A DNA stretch of 64,000 nt, taken from positions 12,462,001 to 12,526,000 of the forward strand of contig NC_082733.1 in NCBI RefSeq assembly GCF_030144855.1. The letters are read 5' to 3'. Origin of the DNA: Hypanus sabinus. Taxonomy: Eukaryota. Every line of letters begins with the position of its first letter. Positions within the stretch are counted from its first letter, which is position 1. Below are positions 12,973 to 25,393 of the stretch, piece after piece. The notes under the pieces were generated by a model. The model did no database searches and was not told the DNA's origin. It worked only from the letters and a program-made list of their open reading frames with translations. A program made the translations under genes and the position numbers.

Positions 12973-13526
12973 CACTCAGTGACCACTTCATTAGGTACAT
13001 TCTCCACATAAGAAAGTGGCCACTGAGTATGCTCGTGGTTTTCTGCTGCTGTAACTCATCCGTTTCAAGATTTGATGTATTGTGTGTTCAGAGATACTCT
13101 TCTGCACACCACTGTTGTAACACATGGTTATTTGAGTTACTTTCGTTTTCCTGTCAACTTGAGCCAGTCTGGCTATTCTCCTCTGACCTCTCTTGTTAGC
13201 AAAGCACTTTCACCCACAGACCTACTGCTCACTGATTTTTTTTTTGTTTCTCGCACCATTTTCAGTGAACTCTTGAGACTGCTGTGCAGAAAATTCCCAG
13301 GAAATCAGCAGTTTCTGAGGTACTCAAACCACCTCATCTGGCACCAGCAATCATTCCACAGTCAGTTAGATCATATTTTTTCCCCATGATGATATTTGGT
13401 CTGAACAACAATTAAGCCCCTTGACCATGTCTGTATGCTTTTATGCATTGAGCTGCTGCCACATGATTGGCTGATTAGATATTTGCATTAATGAGCAGGT
13501 GTACCTAATAAAGTGGCCATTGAGTG
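12973..13526. mobile_element. Tc1-type MITE
   Basis: TIRs CACTCAGTGACCACTTCATTAGGTACA / TGTACCTAATAAAGTGGCCATTGAGTG, flanked by TA on both sides. Confidence 0.88.
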
Positions 13527-13722
13527 TATATAATAACTTGGATTTAGTGCACAGGGCAAAATTCCAAAATCTAAGACAACACAATACTGCAAGGAAGATA
13601 ATAATAGGAAACAGGCAGATGCATTGGTCAGGTAGGTGGCAAATGGACGCAAGTGAAGAGACATGCATAATGTTGCATTTTGGTAGAAAAGATGACACAT
13701 AAGCCAAGGCTACAATTCTAAA

Positions 13723-13829
13723 ACACCAGAAGTCATGATGAAGAGTTCCAGGCCGAGACCCTCAACTATTTACTCTTTTTCATAGATACTGCCTGGCCTG
13801 CTGAGTTTCTCCAGCATTTTGTGTTTGCT
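13723..13829 (+). mobile_element. Penelope-derived mini-element inserted in a CR1 fragment
   Basis: Decayed hammerhead-like core plus the catagat.ctgcctggcctgctgagtt..tccagcatttt arm. Flanked by the 14-bp direct repeat GCTACAATTCTAAA (13709-13722, 13830-13843). Confidence 0.7.
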
Positions 13830-15589
13830 GCTACAATTCTAAAGGGGAAAGAAGTCTGGAACTTTGTATGTGTGGATGTTGGAAGTAACAGGACAGGTTG
13901 ACAGAGTATGCAGAATCCTGAGATTTATCGGTTGAGTGACAAGAGCAAGAAAGTCATGATTAATCATTATAAAGCCCTGTTAGGCCTTTATTTAGTGCTT
14001 TGTATTGCCCTTTCTAGAAAGTACATGGTGGAAAGGTGGGAGAATAACTGGCAACCCAAGTGCCTATAGGAACTAATGCCATATGCTTTGAAATACATTT
14101 GAGATACAGCAGAATAAATTTAGGGAGATGGCATTAAATCCAAAAAAAAAATCAGGAAAGATAATCGCGGAAATGGTGTGTGAAGGAAATGTTTGCAATT
14201 TTAACGTTTAAGTAGAATTAGACAGTTAACCAGCAGAGAAACAGACCCTGCTGACATCAAGTCTGCATCAACCATCAAGTACCTATATAAAGGAATCCTA
14301 CACAAATCTGGTTTTATTCTCCCCACAAACTGTTCCCCTCCCCCACCTCCCCACAGACTTTACCAGTTCCTTTTGAGGTCTGGGCAATCTGTAGTTGCCA
14401 ATTAATCAACCAAAGTACGTCTTGAAAATGTGGGAGGTAACCAGAGCACCTGAGGAAATCCACACAGTCACAGGGAGAACGTACAAAACTTCATACAGAC
14501 AGTCCACTGGCCAGAATTGAACATGGGTTGCAGGTGCCACGAGTAAGCAGTTCTGCTAGCTGTGCTACTGTGCCTTATAAGAGGAATTTCTGCAAGGGAA
14601 GATTGTACCCAAATTTCAGCCATTTCCTGGCCCTTAATGGAAAGCATATAAATGGTAACAATAATACTAATATGCAAAGATGTTGGCGATGTTATCGTCT
14701 GAGACTCAATGGAGTTAATGAATCTATCAAATCAAATTAGCTAAAATGATTGAGAAAAATCTTGAGGAGAAAAGGAATAAAATGAAATAAAATATCAGGG
14801 GTGATAGTTTTGTAGCATTTAGAGGCAAAGTATATCAGTGAAACTATGGAAAATGAGTAGGGTTTGGCATTCGAGAAACCAGAATTTCCAATGTTTCAAA
14901 ACTTTCAAAACAAAACTAGAGTTTGTACCATTAATAACCAGAAGGCAGTGATAATGATGCTGGAAGGGTAAAGCTCCTTGTTTTAGTAGTTTTTAAGGGA
15001 GATGTGTTGGACAAAAGCAGTAGAATTAATTGAAAGAATTTCATGAAACCATTTGGAGAAAGTTAAGAAATAATGTTGGCATACTGTCATGTCTAAATTA
15101 AGTGGAGATGTGCTGGGGTGTGTATTGCAGAATGCTCAGAGAGATTTAACTAAACACAAGTAATCATGGGTGACTTTAAATACCCTACAACAGTTTAGAA
15201 TAAATACATTGCATAATACCAAAGAGAGAACATAATTTCGAATGCTTCCAGAACTTGTTCAGGGATTAATGTGCCTTTAGTCAAAAAGAGAATGAGGCAT
15301 TGCTTAATTTTACATGTCAGGCCATATAATTGTGAAAGTAGAATAGTTGGGAAATAGTAAAGTAAGGTTCAACCTAACACTGATAACAAAGTTAAACATA
15401 AGCAAAATACAGTGGGTACTGGAAGTGGAAGTACTAAACGGGATCTATCAGCATTTTCTGTTTTGATATGAATATAAGCACGATTGATGTAAGTGCATTC
15501 TGGCTTCATGCTTTTAAAGTCAGCCCAGGAATCACTGTGTTTCCTGTTTCAGGCCTGGAAACATCCCTGTACCTAAACTCCATCCCAGA

Positions 15590-15850
15590 ATTTTAGTCTC
15601 AGCTCCGCAAAGTGCCTGTGCCAAGCTTGGGATTTTTTGTGTTCCCAATGCCTATCGCAGGAATCTGTGTTCCCAGTGCCAGCTACAGCAGTCCAGTCTT
15701 GGCCCCAGAATGGCAGTGTGCCCTCATTCAGTCTCTGGAATGTCTGTGTTCCCAGCCTCAATCTTCAGAATGTCTGTGTTCCCAGCCTGAACCTTGGTAA
15801 TGTCTGTGTTCCCATTTTTTAGTTGCAGAAGCATATGCATTCCCAGCCCC
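15590..15850. repeat. Minisatellite, ~30-bp unit
   Basis: tgtctgtgttccca recurs at 15741, 15771 and 15801 (exact 30-bp spacing), with decayed copies on both sides. Confidence 0.85.
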
Positions 15851-16879
15851 AGTAAATGAAATCCCATAATTCCAGCTTCAGCACCAGGATTGGTGCCTTC
15901 TTAGCTGGAAGGTTAGGAATATCCACTTCACCATCTCCGTCCCAGCCCAGTCCAAGACTAAACTATCTTTGCTGTTCCACAAATTCTATTGTCCAAGTGA
16001 TCCAGTTGTGCCTAATATCCATAATAACCGTCACCACCAGATACTGTACAGTTTGTATCATAAAAAAGTAGAGGTTGAGATATCTGCAAACCATTACCTA
16101 TCAAAAGCAGCCAATGCCGGCTGATAAAGCTGTGTATAGAAAGCCAAACCACATAGTACTCCCGGTTTTCAAGGGTGCACTAACCTTTAAATGAACTACC
16201 GATACCAACAAAACCACACTACGTTATCGTGCCTCCACTTACGCTGGCTGTCTTGTTTCTAATTCTACAGCTTGGATGAAATGAAGTGGAACAATGAGTG
16301 GTGTGAAGGGTTAATCTGTCACACAACAATGAAACAGGCCTTCAGCCCACCGAGTCTATACTGACTATCACTCACCCATTTACACTAATCCAATGTCCAC
16401 TTTATTTTTTTCTCTGCTCCATACTCTCCATCAACTCCCTACACATTGGGTGCAATTTGCTTTGGCCGATTAACCTGTCAAACCACACCACTCTGAGTTG
16501 TGGGAGAAAACCGGAGCACCTGGGGGAAACCCACGTGGTCATAGGAAGAATCTGTAAACTCCACACAGATAGCTCCTGAGGTTTGGATTGAACCCAAGTC
16601 TCTGATCCAACTGTGCTGCCTGTGCTTGGCACAGGGAAGACTGGAAAACATCGCCATATTAGGGAAGTCGGCTCTACCTGACACACATGACTGTTACCTG
16701 GGCCGGTGAGAGGCTGGCAAGAAGTGGTGGTATTTTGACTGTGTAAAGATGCACTGCCTTATCTTTCTCCAAAACTCTGCTCACATGCAGACAGCTCGCC
16801 TCAAATGTCCTTGGGACCTGTCAAAGTCACCTGCTTAGGCAGCCCCTCAGAATAGGTATGATTTGCCTCAATTCCAGCT

Positions 16880-17430
16880 GATGTGGGAATTTGAGAATAC
16901 TCAAGGTTGGAGAAAGTGGTGGAATCAGCCCAATCCATCACAGGCAAAACCCTTCCCACCACTGAATACATTTACACAGAATGCCACCACAGGAAAGCAG
17001 CATTCATCACCAAATACCCCCAGGTCATCCAGGTCATGTCCTCTTCTCATTACTACCATTGGGCAGGAGTAACAGAAACCTTAGGTCCAACACCACCAAA
17101 TTCAGGAACAGGTATTACTCTACAACTATCAGGCTCCCCAACTTCAATAACCATTACTTTGAACTGATCCTATGAGCTACAAAGCTGATTCTATGAGCTA
17201 TAGACTTGCTTTCAAGGACTTTTCACAACATACTCTCAGTATACTTTTAAAAATTTGCAGTTTGTCTTCTTTTGCACGTTGATTGGTTGTCAGTCTTAGT
17301 TTACATATACAGAAGCTTATCATAAATTGTATTCCTTTTTTATCCTGCAAATGCCTGCAAGAAAATGAACCTCAAGGTCGTATATGGTAACATATACATA
17401 AATACTTTAATAATAACTTTACTTTGAAGT
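16880..17430 (+). mobile_element. Rex1/Babar LINE 3' fragment
   Basis: KVVESAQSITGKTLP, HPGHVLFSLLPLGR..TTKFRNRYY, and an aataactttactttga tail. Confidence 0.75.
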
Positions 17431-18699
17431 TTCCCTGATGTTTATGTGGTGATGCACATTGAAACTTCACAGTTCCCAAATAATTTTGAAATCTTTTCAG
17501 TGGTTTTGTGTGCCTCAACTTTCTCCCAGCGTTGAGAGCCTGAAGTTAGAGGGCACAGATAAGTGGGGAGAGATTTAAAAGAGACCCGAGAGGTAACATC
17601 TTCACACAGTGGCTAGTGAAGTACCTGCATTAAGCTGCCAGAGGCAGTGATCAAGGTGGGTAAAACTGCAACTTTTAAGAGGCGTGTGGAGGGGAGAGGC
17701 TTGGAGGGTTGTGGATCAAAAACAGTCAAAGCAAGGAGAATGCTGTGGTTGCCATGGACCAGTTTGGCCAAAGGAGCTTTTTTTCCATGTTGTATGACGT
17801 TGGCACGTTCCAAGCTGCAGGTGTGTGTGCTCAGGGACACACTGAATCTTGTTGCAACCAACACAAAAGCCTAGTGGAGGACTGCAGTCCCAGGCCCTGC
17901 TGCCAATGGACTCTGTTCAGTCCCGTGTAACAGCCTCTCAAACACTTGTTGGGCTACCGTTCGAAGAGGCCACAGGAGTTAAATCGAAGAGGGCATAGGT
18001 TGAGTGAAAGGGGAAAGTTTAAAAGCAAGTTTACAAAGCAAGTTGTTTTACACAACAGAGAGTGGTGACTGCCTGGTACACAACGTCAGGGGAGGTGTTG
18101 GAACCAGATACGATGGTAACACAGATGAAGAATTTACAGACAAGTCAAATCAAATTGTCATATATACAAGTATGAAGAAGTACAGATACAATGAAATACT
18201 TGCAGCAGCGTTACACCCACATAAGATTCAGACAATAGAACACAGAACATAAGTTATACATATACACCACACACTATCAGGCAGGGAATGGAAAAATATT
18301 AGAGACCATGTGCAGGTACGTGGGATTAGTTAAAATTAGCATCCTGGCCAGCACAGACACTGTGGGCCGAAGGGTCTGTTGCTATTCGGTACTGTTCTGT
18401 GATCTATGAGTGGTATTGGTGCTTTGTATATAGAATATATCAACATGACAGCATTATGAATGTATAAACTGGAAGATCCACGAATGCGGAGCAAATCGGG
18501 TATTGCTGCGTACTTTCTGCACTTAGTTTATGTGAATAAAGTTTAGACGTTTAGAATAGAGTTTAAAGTTAAAGGCAGGGTGCCTTTAAGGTATTGCGAA
18601 GTGCACGCATCAGATTTGGAGCAATAGTTGTAGAGGGCGTGAACACAAAACTACTAAGCAATCCGCCAGTGTGCTGGGCAGGACATGTGCGCTGGAGGT

Positions 18700-19525
18700 G
18701 AGCTCCTGAATTGAAGTCTTGTGGCAGTGAAGTCTGATAGGTGAGCCGTGGTTTTGTTCCTGTTTTTCGCCCAGAACCGTGCCCTTACGTTCAGATGTCA
18801 GTTGCAGGCTGGGTTAATGTTTGGTCCGGTGCGGTAGGGTTGGGGGTGGGGGGTGAGGAAGCAAGGTGATACGTGGGGGTTCGGAGCTCCAGGTACAGTT
18901 CGGTCACTGGCCGAGCGTGGCGAGCGCTGGGTCAGGAATTGCTGATCGCCGGTGGAGGGTTTACGATCGCCCCCTGATTTCTACACCGAAGGTGAAGTCG
19001 TTTCAAGGTGCCTTTAAATTCAGGGCGTGTTTTGCTTCTGTTGCGATGTCGTAATGCTGGAGGTAGCTGGAACTTTTCTTCCCACCCCAGCCCGCCGAGT
19101 TTGCGGCTTCTGCAGCCCAGGAATGTGGCGGCAACCCGCTGAACTGGTAACGAAGCTGGGAGCGCGGCGCCGCCCTTCGGCTCGCCGGGTTTCCGTGCTC
19201 TCGGCTCGGCCAGCTGTTCCGAGATGAGCCCAGACGGCAGCGGGACCGCGGGTTTGGCCGAATACGCGCCGCCCTCCTGCCCCGATCCCGATCTGCAGCG
19301 TGGGTCACTTAACAATTGGCGATCCCGGGTCGCCCCCTCCTTTGTTGGGACCTTCCTCGGCATTCGGGACGACCCTCTCCCCAGATCCTGCGGGTCTGGA
19401 TCACCCTCCAAGGAGCTTGCGAAGGTGACCCCGGGCAGAACTCCTGGCTGTCTCCCTCACCTTTCGGTCTCTGCTTCCCAGGCACGCTCGGAGAGGCCAT
19501 TCTGCCGTTCGAACCCAGGCTGCTA
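18700..19525. promoter_or_regulatory. CpG island, candidate promoter / non-coding first exon of the CerS gene
   Basis: Abrupt GC- and CpG-rich stretch with no recognisable TE similarity, in otherwise CpG-poor DNA. Several + strand donor-like sites (gtgagc at ~18698 and ~18741, gtaacg at ~19147). The ATG exon at 39474 starts at a splice acceptor, so an upstream exon must exist. Confidence 0.6.
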
Positions 19526-20404
19526 GTTGTTGGAAAACGTGGTTGTTCTTTGTGACTTCATGGTCTCACAAACTCTTCAGATTGTTGACATAAGTCTAAG
19601 AAATGAGATTTTTAGTATTTCCATCATCTTCCCAGCCGCTCAGCTGTGTGGATAGAGAATTGCTTCTGGCCGTTGTCCTGGAATGGCCTTGTTCTGAGGA
19701 AATAGTGCACCAACGTTTGAATCATTTACATGTTAATTTCCTCATCTTTTATATTTTCTATATTCGCATTTGGGAGAATAAAAAGTGAAATCTGGCTTGA
19801 TTTAACCCTTTACCCCCCCATTTGAAAAGTGTTCCTCTGAGTGGTCTGGTTTCAATGGCAGCTTGTATATGCCCCAAATCTGATACCAGCACACTCAAGT
19901 CTGCAGGTGTTAGAATTATGAAATTTTAAAGAAAGAAAATAGCAAAATGATTATTGTTTTAGATCAATGGCCTTTAATTTGACTTGTTTTTTTCCCCTGC
20001 AACCTTACAATTGATTCCTTTCTTGCAATTGTGGCAGGGCCTCAGACCACACTAGTTTTTTTTTCATATTTCTGGCAGTCGTTCCTTGTTTTACAATTGA
20101 CTTAAGAAAAATATTCCTTATTAGACTTCCTGCTGTATGAGCTTTTTGTTTCATTTTCACTATCATTCATCCCTACCTTTTTAAAGTCAACTCTGAATGA
20201 GCTCCATCCATAGTGTCCTCCCCATTCTCCACACGCTCTATTTCTCCAGTTCCAATAAACGGTCCTTCATTTGAGACGTTAACTTTCTCTCCACACAGAT
20301 TCCGGCCAGCCTGCTGACCATTTTACAGACTTCTGGTTTGTAGCAGCTCCGTTATTTTGCTTGTGTTCAGCATTAAATTGTTGAAAATTATTTTGTTGAG
20401 ATAT

Positions 20405-21001
20405 TTGGATATATTTGAGTTTAGGAGCCGAGAGGTAATGTTGCAGCTATATAGGACCCTGGTCAGACCCCACTTGGAGTACTGTGTTCAGTTCTGGTCT
20501 CCTCACTACAGGAAGGACGTGGAAACCATAGAAAGGGTGCAGAGGAGATTTACAAGGATGTTGCCTGGATTGGGGAGCATGCCTTATGAGAATAGGTTGA
20601 GTGAACTCAGCCTTTTTTCCTTGGAGTGACAAAGGATGAGAGGTGACCTGATAGAGGTGTACAAGATGATGAGAGGCATTGATCGTCAGAGACTTTTTCC
20701 CTGGCCTGAAATGGCTAGTACGAGAGGGCACAGTTTTAAGGTGCTTGGAAGTAGGTACAGAAGAGATTTTGGGGTAAGTTTTTTGCGCAGGGAGTGGTGA
20801 GTGCATGGAATGGGCTGCCAGTGATGGTGGTGGAGGAGGATACGATAGGGTCTTTTAAGAGACTCCTGGACAGGTACATGGAGCTCAAAAAAACAGAGGG
20901 CTATGGGTAACCCTAGGTAATTTCTAAGGTAAGGACATGTTTGGCACAGCTTTGTTGGCAGAAGGGCCTGTATTGTGCTGTAGGTTTTCTGCGTTTCTAT
21001 A
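20405..21001 (+). mobile_element. CR1 LINE 3' fragment
   Basis: [25 protein letters not shown]...[13 protein letters not shown]...LFSLE, the CR1 ORF2 C-terminus, followed by the 3' UTR and tail. Confidence 0.92.
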
Positions 21002-21906
21002 TCCTTTCGGAATGATGTCCTGCAGACCCAGTTCTGAAGGTGATGAGGCACTAGGGAGTATTTTTTATCTAGGGTGGACAGAATGATGTCATGAGTCCTG
21101 TATTTTCTTTTATTGAGTTGAATGAGACTTCTGGGCCTTATCCAACTTTATTTTCTGATATCAGTGTGATGACTAATGTGTGTTACGTGGACCTTTTCTG
21201 TGCCAGAACGTCTGATGCTGCCTGCTGTACCTGTTCTAGTAATGGGTGATATGGGACATAGAACAGTAAAGACCCTTTGTCCCACAATGTTGTGCCGCCC
21301 TTTTAACCTACTCCAGCTTCAGTCCACCCCCGAACAACTCACAAAATGTTGGAGGATCTCAGCGGGTCAACCAGCATCTATGGAAATGAATAAACAGTCA
21401 GTGTTTTGGGTCGAGAATCGGGTCCTTTAGGGCTGTAAGGGAAGGGGGGAGGTGCCAGATTTAAAAAAAAGGGAGGGGTAGAGGAAGGAGGACAAGCCAC
21501 ACGGTGAGAGGTGAAAGGTCAAGGGCTGGAGATGAAGGATCCCCGTCGCCCAAAAACACATTCTCTTATTGCTACCAACAGAGAGGAGGTACAGGAGCCT
21601 CAGGGCAGACATTCAACAGGTTGACCTGTTGTCAGATTTCTGAAGTAACAATGAAACAACCTATGAACACTATCTCAACACTTTTGCTCTCTTTCTGCCC
21701 TACTTGTTTAATGTTTATATATTCGGTATATTTCTTGAGCTAATTTAGTTCTTTATAACAACTGCTGTAAAACAACAAATTTCACAACATAAGGAACGTC
21801 AGTGATAGGACACCTGATTCTGAGACTCTGACATAGGAATACAGATGAAAGAAAAATGGAGAGCTTAGTGAGTGGAAAGGGTCAGATTGAACTCCAAGCT
21901 CTAGGC

Positions 21907-21985
21907 CAGAGGTTCCCAACCTTTTTATGCTATGGACCCTGACTGTTAAACAAAGGGTCTGTGAACCCCAGGTTGGGAACCCCTG
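21907..21985. mobile_element. Tiny hAT-Charlie MITE
   Basis: TIRs CAGAGGTTCCCAACC / GGTTGGGAACCCCTG; the TSD is not preserved. Confidence 0.7.
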
Positions 21986-22584
21986 GACTGCAGGAACTCA
22001 GTGGGCCAGGCAGCACCTATGTCTGAGGTAGCCATGGACAACTGCATGGGCCCCAGCTACACCCACTGTTTCACTGGTGATGCTGGACAGTGCGTGTTCC
22101 AAGCCTTTCCCAGTAATATTTCCCCGAATCTTTCTGTGCTACTTTGTTGACTGCATTGGTGCTGCTTCATGCACTCAGACTGAGCTCATCAATTTCTAAA
22201 CGCTTTCCCTCCAAATACCACACTGCTTTTAAATTCACATGGTCCATTTCTGCGGACAAGTTCTCCGCCACCGTCATGCCGCCTTTGTCCTTGCATCAGT
22301 ATGTTGGGCCAAAGATACGTCTTCAGGGATATTGACACGTAGGAACTTGAAACTGCTCACCCTTTCCACTGCTGATCCCTCTGAGGACTGGTGTGTGTTG
22401 CCTCAATTTCCCCATCTTGAAGTCCACAATCAATTCCTAGGTCTTACTGATGTTGAGTGCAAGGTTGTTGTGACACCACTCAACCAACCAATCTGTCTCA
22501 CCGTTAGTAGGCAAATTGCAGCGGGTCCATTTCCTTGTTAGGTAGGAGTTCATTCAGGCCATGACCAACCTTTCAAATCACTTC

Positions 22585-23330
22585 AGCTATTAAGTGTTTT
22601 TATATATCTACCTCTGCCACCTGCCTTGGCAGCCCATTCCATGCATACAAACCTACTCCTAACGTTCCCCCCATACTTTCCTTCAGTTGCTGTAAAATTG
22701 TGCCCTCTTGTATTAGCCATTTCTGCCCTGGGAAAAAGGCGCTGGTTGTCACTATCAATGTTCCTTCTTATCTTGTACACCTCTGGCAAGTCACCTCTCC
22801 CCCTCCACCACTTCAATGAGAAAAGCTCAACTTATTCTCATGACGTGCTCTGTGAACCAAGCAGCATCCTGGTAAATTTCCTCTTCACCCTCTCTAAAGC
22901 TTCCACGTCCTACAATGGGGATAGCAGAATGGAACACATTACTCCAAGTGTGATCTAACCAGAGCTTATAGAGCTGAACTCTACTTTGCGGCTGTTAAAC
23001 ACTGTCCCCTGACTAATGAAGACCAAACCACCTTACACTTTAACCAATCAATTTGCAACCTTGGGGGATTTATGGATATGAACACCGAGACCCCTCTGTT
23101 CCTCCACACTGCTAAGAATCCTGCCATTAACCCTGTACTCTGTCTGGAAGTTTGAACTTCCAAAGTGAAGCACTTCACATCTTTTTGGATTGGACTTCAC
23201 TTGCCACTTCTCAGTCCAGCTTTACATCCTATCAGTGTCTTCTTGTGATGTACAGAAACCTTCTACGCTATCTACACCACCACCAACCTTGATGGCATCT
23301 GCAAACTTGCTAACCCACCCTTCCATTTCC
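22585..23330 (-). mobile_element. CR1 LINE fragment
   Basis: Minus-strand RGDLPEVYKI, TRGHNF, KCFTL/HFG-type motifs. Confidence 0.8.
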
Positions 23331-24687
23331 TCATTGACTGATTTCAGAGGACAGAATCATTTGGATGAGCTGTTAAACTGAGTTTGTGCTTGCTTTTGAA
23401 GGGCATGACACTATTTAAATAAGAGAAAGGGTGGTCTGACCAATATTTATTCTCCAAGTGACTCCAGCAGAGGAAATTCATCTTGTTGTGGGATCTTGCT
23501 CTGTGCATATCGGCTACCACGTTTTTCACATAGTGAGTCCGCTTCAAAAGTAGTCCAAAGATGGCTTGGAACTCGGGTAGTGATTTTCTATTCACGTTAG
23601 GCCTTGTATTCCATTTGTCCTCTTCTTTCCATTCTGAAGGGAAGAGCTGTCTCCTGATAAAGCAGCATGGAATGAGATTGCTGAGCACAAAGATAGGGGC
23701 ACCAAAGGGGACTGGAACAGCCTGATCTTTAAGTTGTTTAATGAAGGTCGGGGAAAGGCAAGGCCAGGCTCCCATTTGTTTGGATAAAGGCAGCGGAATT
23801 TAATGATGTGCAAAAGAGAGAGATTCAACATGGGTCATTCGATGCTCAAAGTGAATTGGCGGTCAGCGTCTGGGAGAACTGTGGTATTTTTCTATACTAA
23901 TCCCTCACTGGTTTTGTGGAGAACCTTAGAGCAAACCCATTCCGATTAAAGATTATGAAATGGCAGATTTGCATGCGCTAGACATGTGTTGGCTGGGGAT
24001 TCAGTGTATAATGGACCCCTTCTGGTCCAAATCCCATTAACGAGAAGCTATCCATGACCAAGTTCCATTCATTGCTTCCCATTCCTTGGAATCTGAGTCA
24101 CAGCCTGTTACGTTCCAAGCCCTCTTTGTCATGTGACGGTGTCTCCGTGACAACCTCACAGCCCTGTTTCCCAATTCAGGCACTTTGCCTTCCGCTTGGC
24201 ACCTTGTCCCCTCCCTTTTGCCGTTGATGACACATGATTTGACATGTCTCACTCCCTGGAAGTCCTTGAATTCTTCCATTTTCACACCTTCAAGAATCTG
24301 TAGTGAAGTGTTGCTGTTGGTAATTTTGCTACCACACCTACTTTTGATCTCCTTCTGCTAAGGTGATTGTAAATTGTCCTCCAATTGCAATGGAAAGTAC
24401 TTGTGTATTCAGTCACTAAGCCAAAGGTGTGTCGTGGTTTGGTCATCTGATTCACCCGTTTTTGTAATACTCCCACATACTTATTTGAAAGTGTGTTTAC
24501 AAGAGGTTTTACAAATGGTACAAATCTTGAACAACACCCACAGCATGTGGGAGGAACTCAGCATTTATGGAGCACAATAAAGTCTAATTTTTAGGCCTGA
24601 TGCAAAATATCAGCAGTCCTTTCTGCTCCATGATGTTGTCTGACCTGCTGAATTCTTCCTGCATGTTGTGTCTGATGAAATATGTGT

Positions 24688-25393
24688 CTCACCTTCATTC
24701 AGGGTCCCTAATGGCTGTTCCAGGTGAGGCAACACTTCACCTGTGAATCTGCTGAGGTCATCTGTTGTTTCCAGCACTACAGATGTGGTCTTCTCGACAT
24801 TGATGGGACTCGTAATAAATTGGGCGAACCGCTTCATCAAGCATCTCTGCTCCGTTCATCTAAATCGAGACTACCAGCTGGCCAAACGTTTTAATTCAGT
24901 CCCATGTCGGTCCATGGCATCCTCTTGCGCCACAATGAAGCCACCTTCAGAGTGTAGGAGCAGTACCTTGTATTCTGTCAGGGTACCCTCCAACCTGATG
25001 GCATGAATATCAATTTCTCCCTCCAGTTTAAAAAAAATCCCTCTCCCTCCTTTCTTCTATTGCCCCCTCTGGCTTCTTACCTATTTTCATCTGCCTATCA
25101 CTTCCTCCTGGTGCCCCTCCTCCTTTTCTTTCCCCCATGGTCCACTCTCCTCTTCTATCACACTACTGGCTCTCCAGCCCTTTATATTTCCTATCCACCT
25201 GGCTTCACTTTCACCTTCTAGCTATCTTCCCTCATCCCCTCTGGCATCTTCTCCCTTCCTTTTCAGTCTTGATAAGGGTCTCGGCCTGAAATATTGAACG
25301 TCCATTCATTTCCATAGATGCCTGCTGAGTTCCTTCAGCATTTTGAGTGCTTGTGTTGTTTTGGATTTCCAGCATCTACACAATTTCTCGTTT
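24688..25393 (+). mobile_element. Penelope-like element 3' end (GIY-YIG endonuclease remnant plus pLTR)
   Basis: Decayed IQGP...FQVRQHFTCESA.VI....RCGLL.I...RF.KHLCSV and GTLQPDGMNINFS. Then a pyrimidine-rich tract and a hammerhead-like cagtc-ttgata-agggtctcggcc-tgaaa. Confidence 0.85.

Noticed and set aside
15590-15850. Regularly spaced repeat resembling a CRISPR array
   Set aside because: Units are tandem and mutually similar without unique spacers, there are no cas genes, and the context is vertebrate.
18675-18692. p53/p63-like half site GGACATGTGC
   Set aside because: A single imperfect half site; not distinguishable from chance.
1-18700. Exons of an upstream neighbour gene such as LINS1
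   Set aside because: I looked because of mammalian CERS3 synteny but recognised no coding exon.
18932-19411. 159-aa ORF and overlapping ORFs in the CpG island
   Set aside because: Pro/Arg/Gly/Ala-rich, open on both strands and no recognisable domain; expected by chance in GC-rich DNA.
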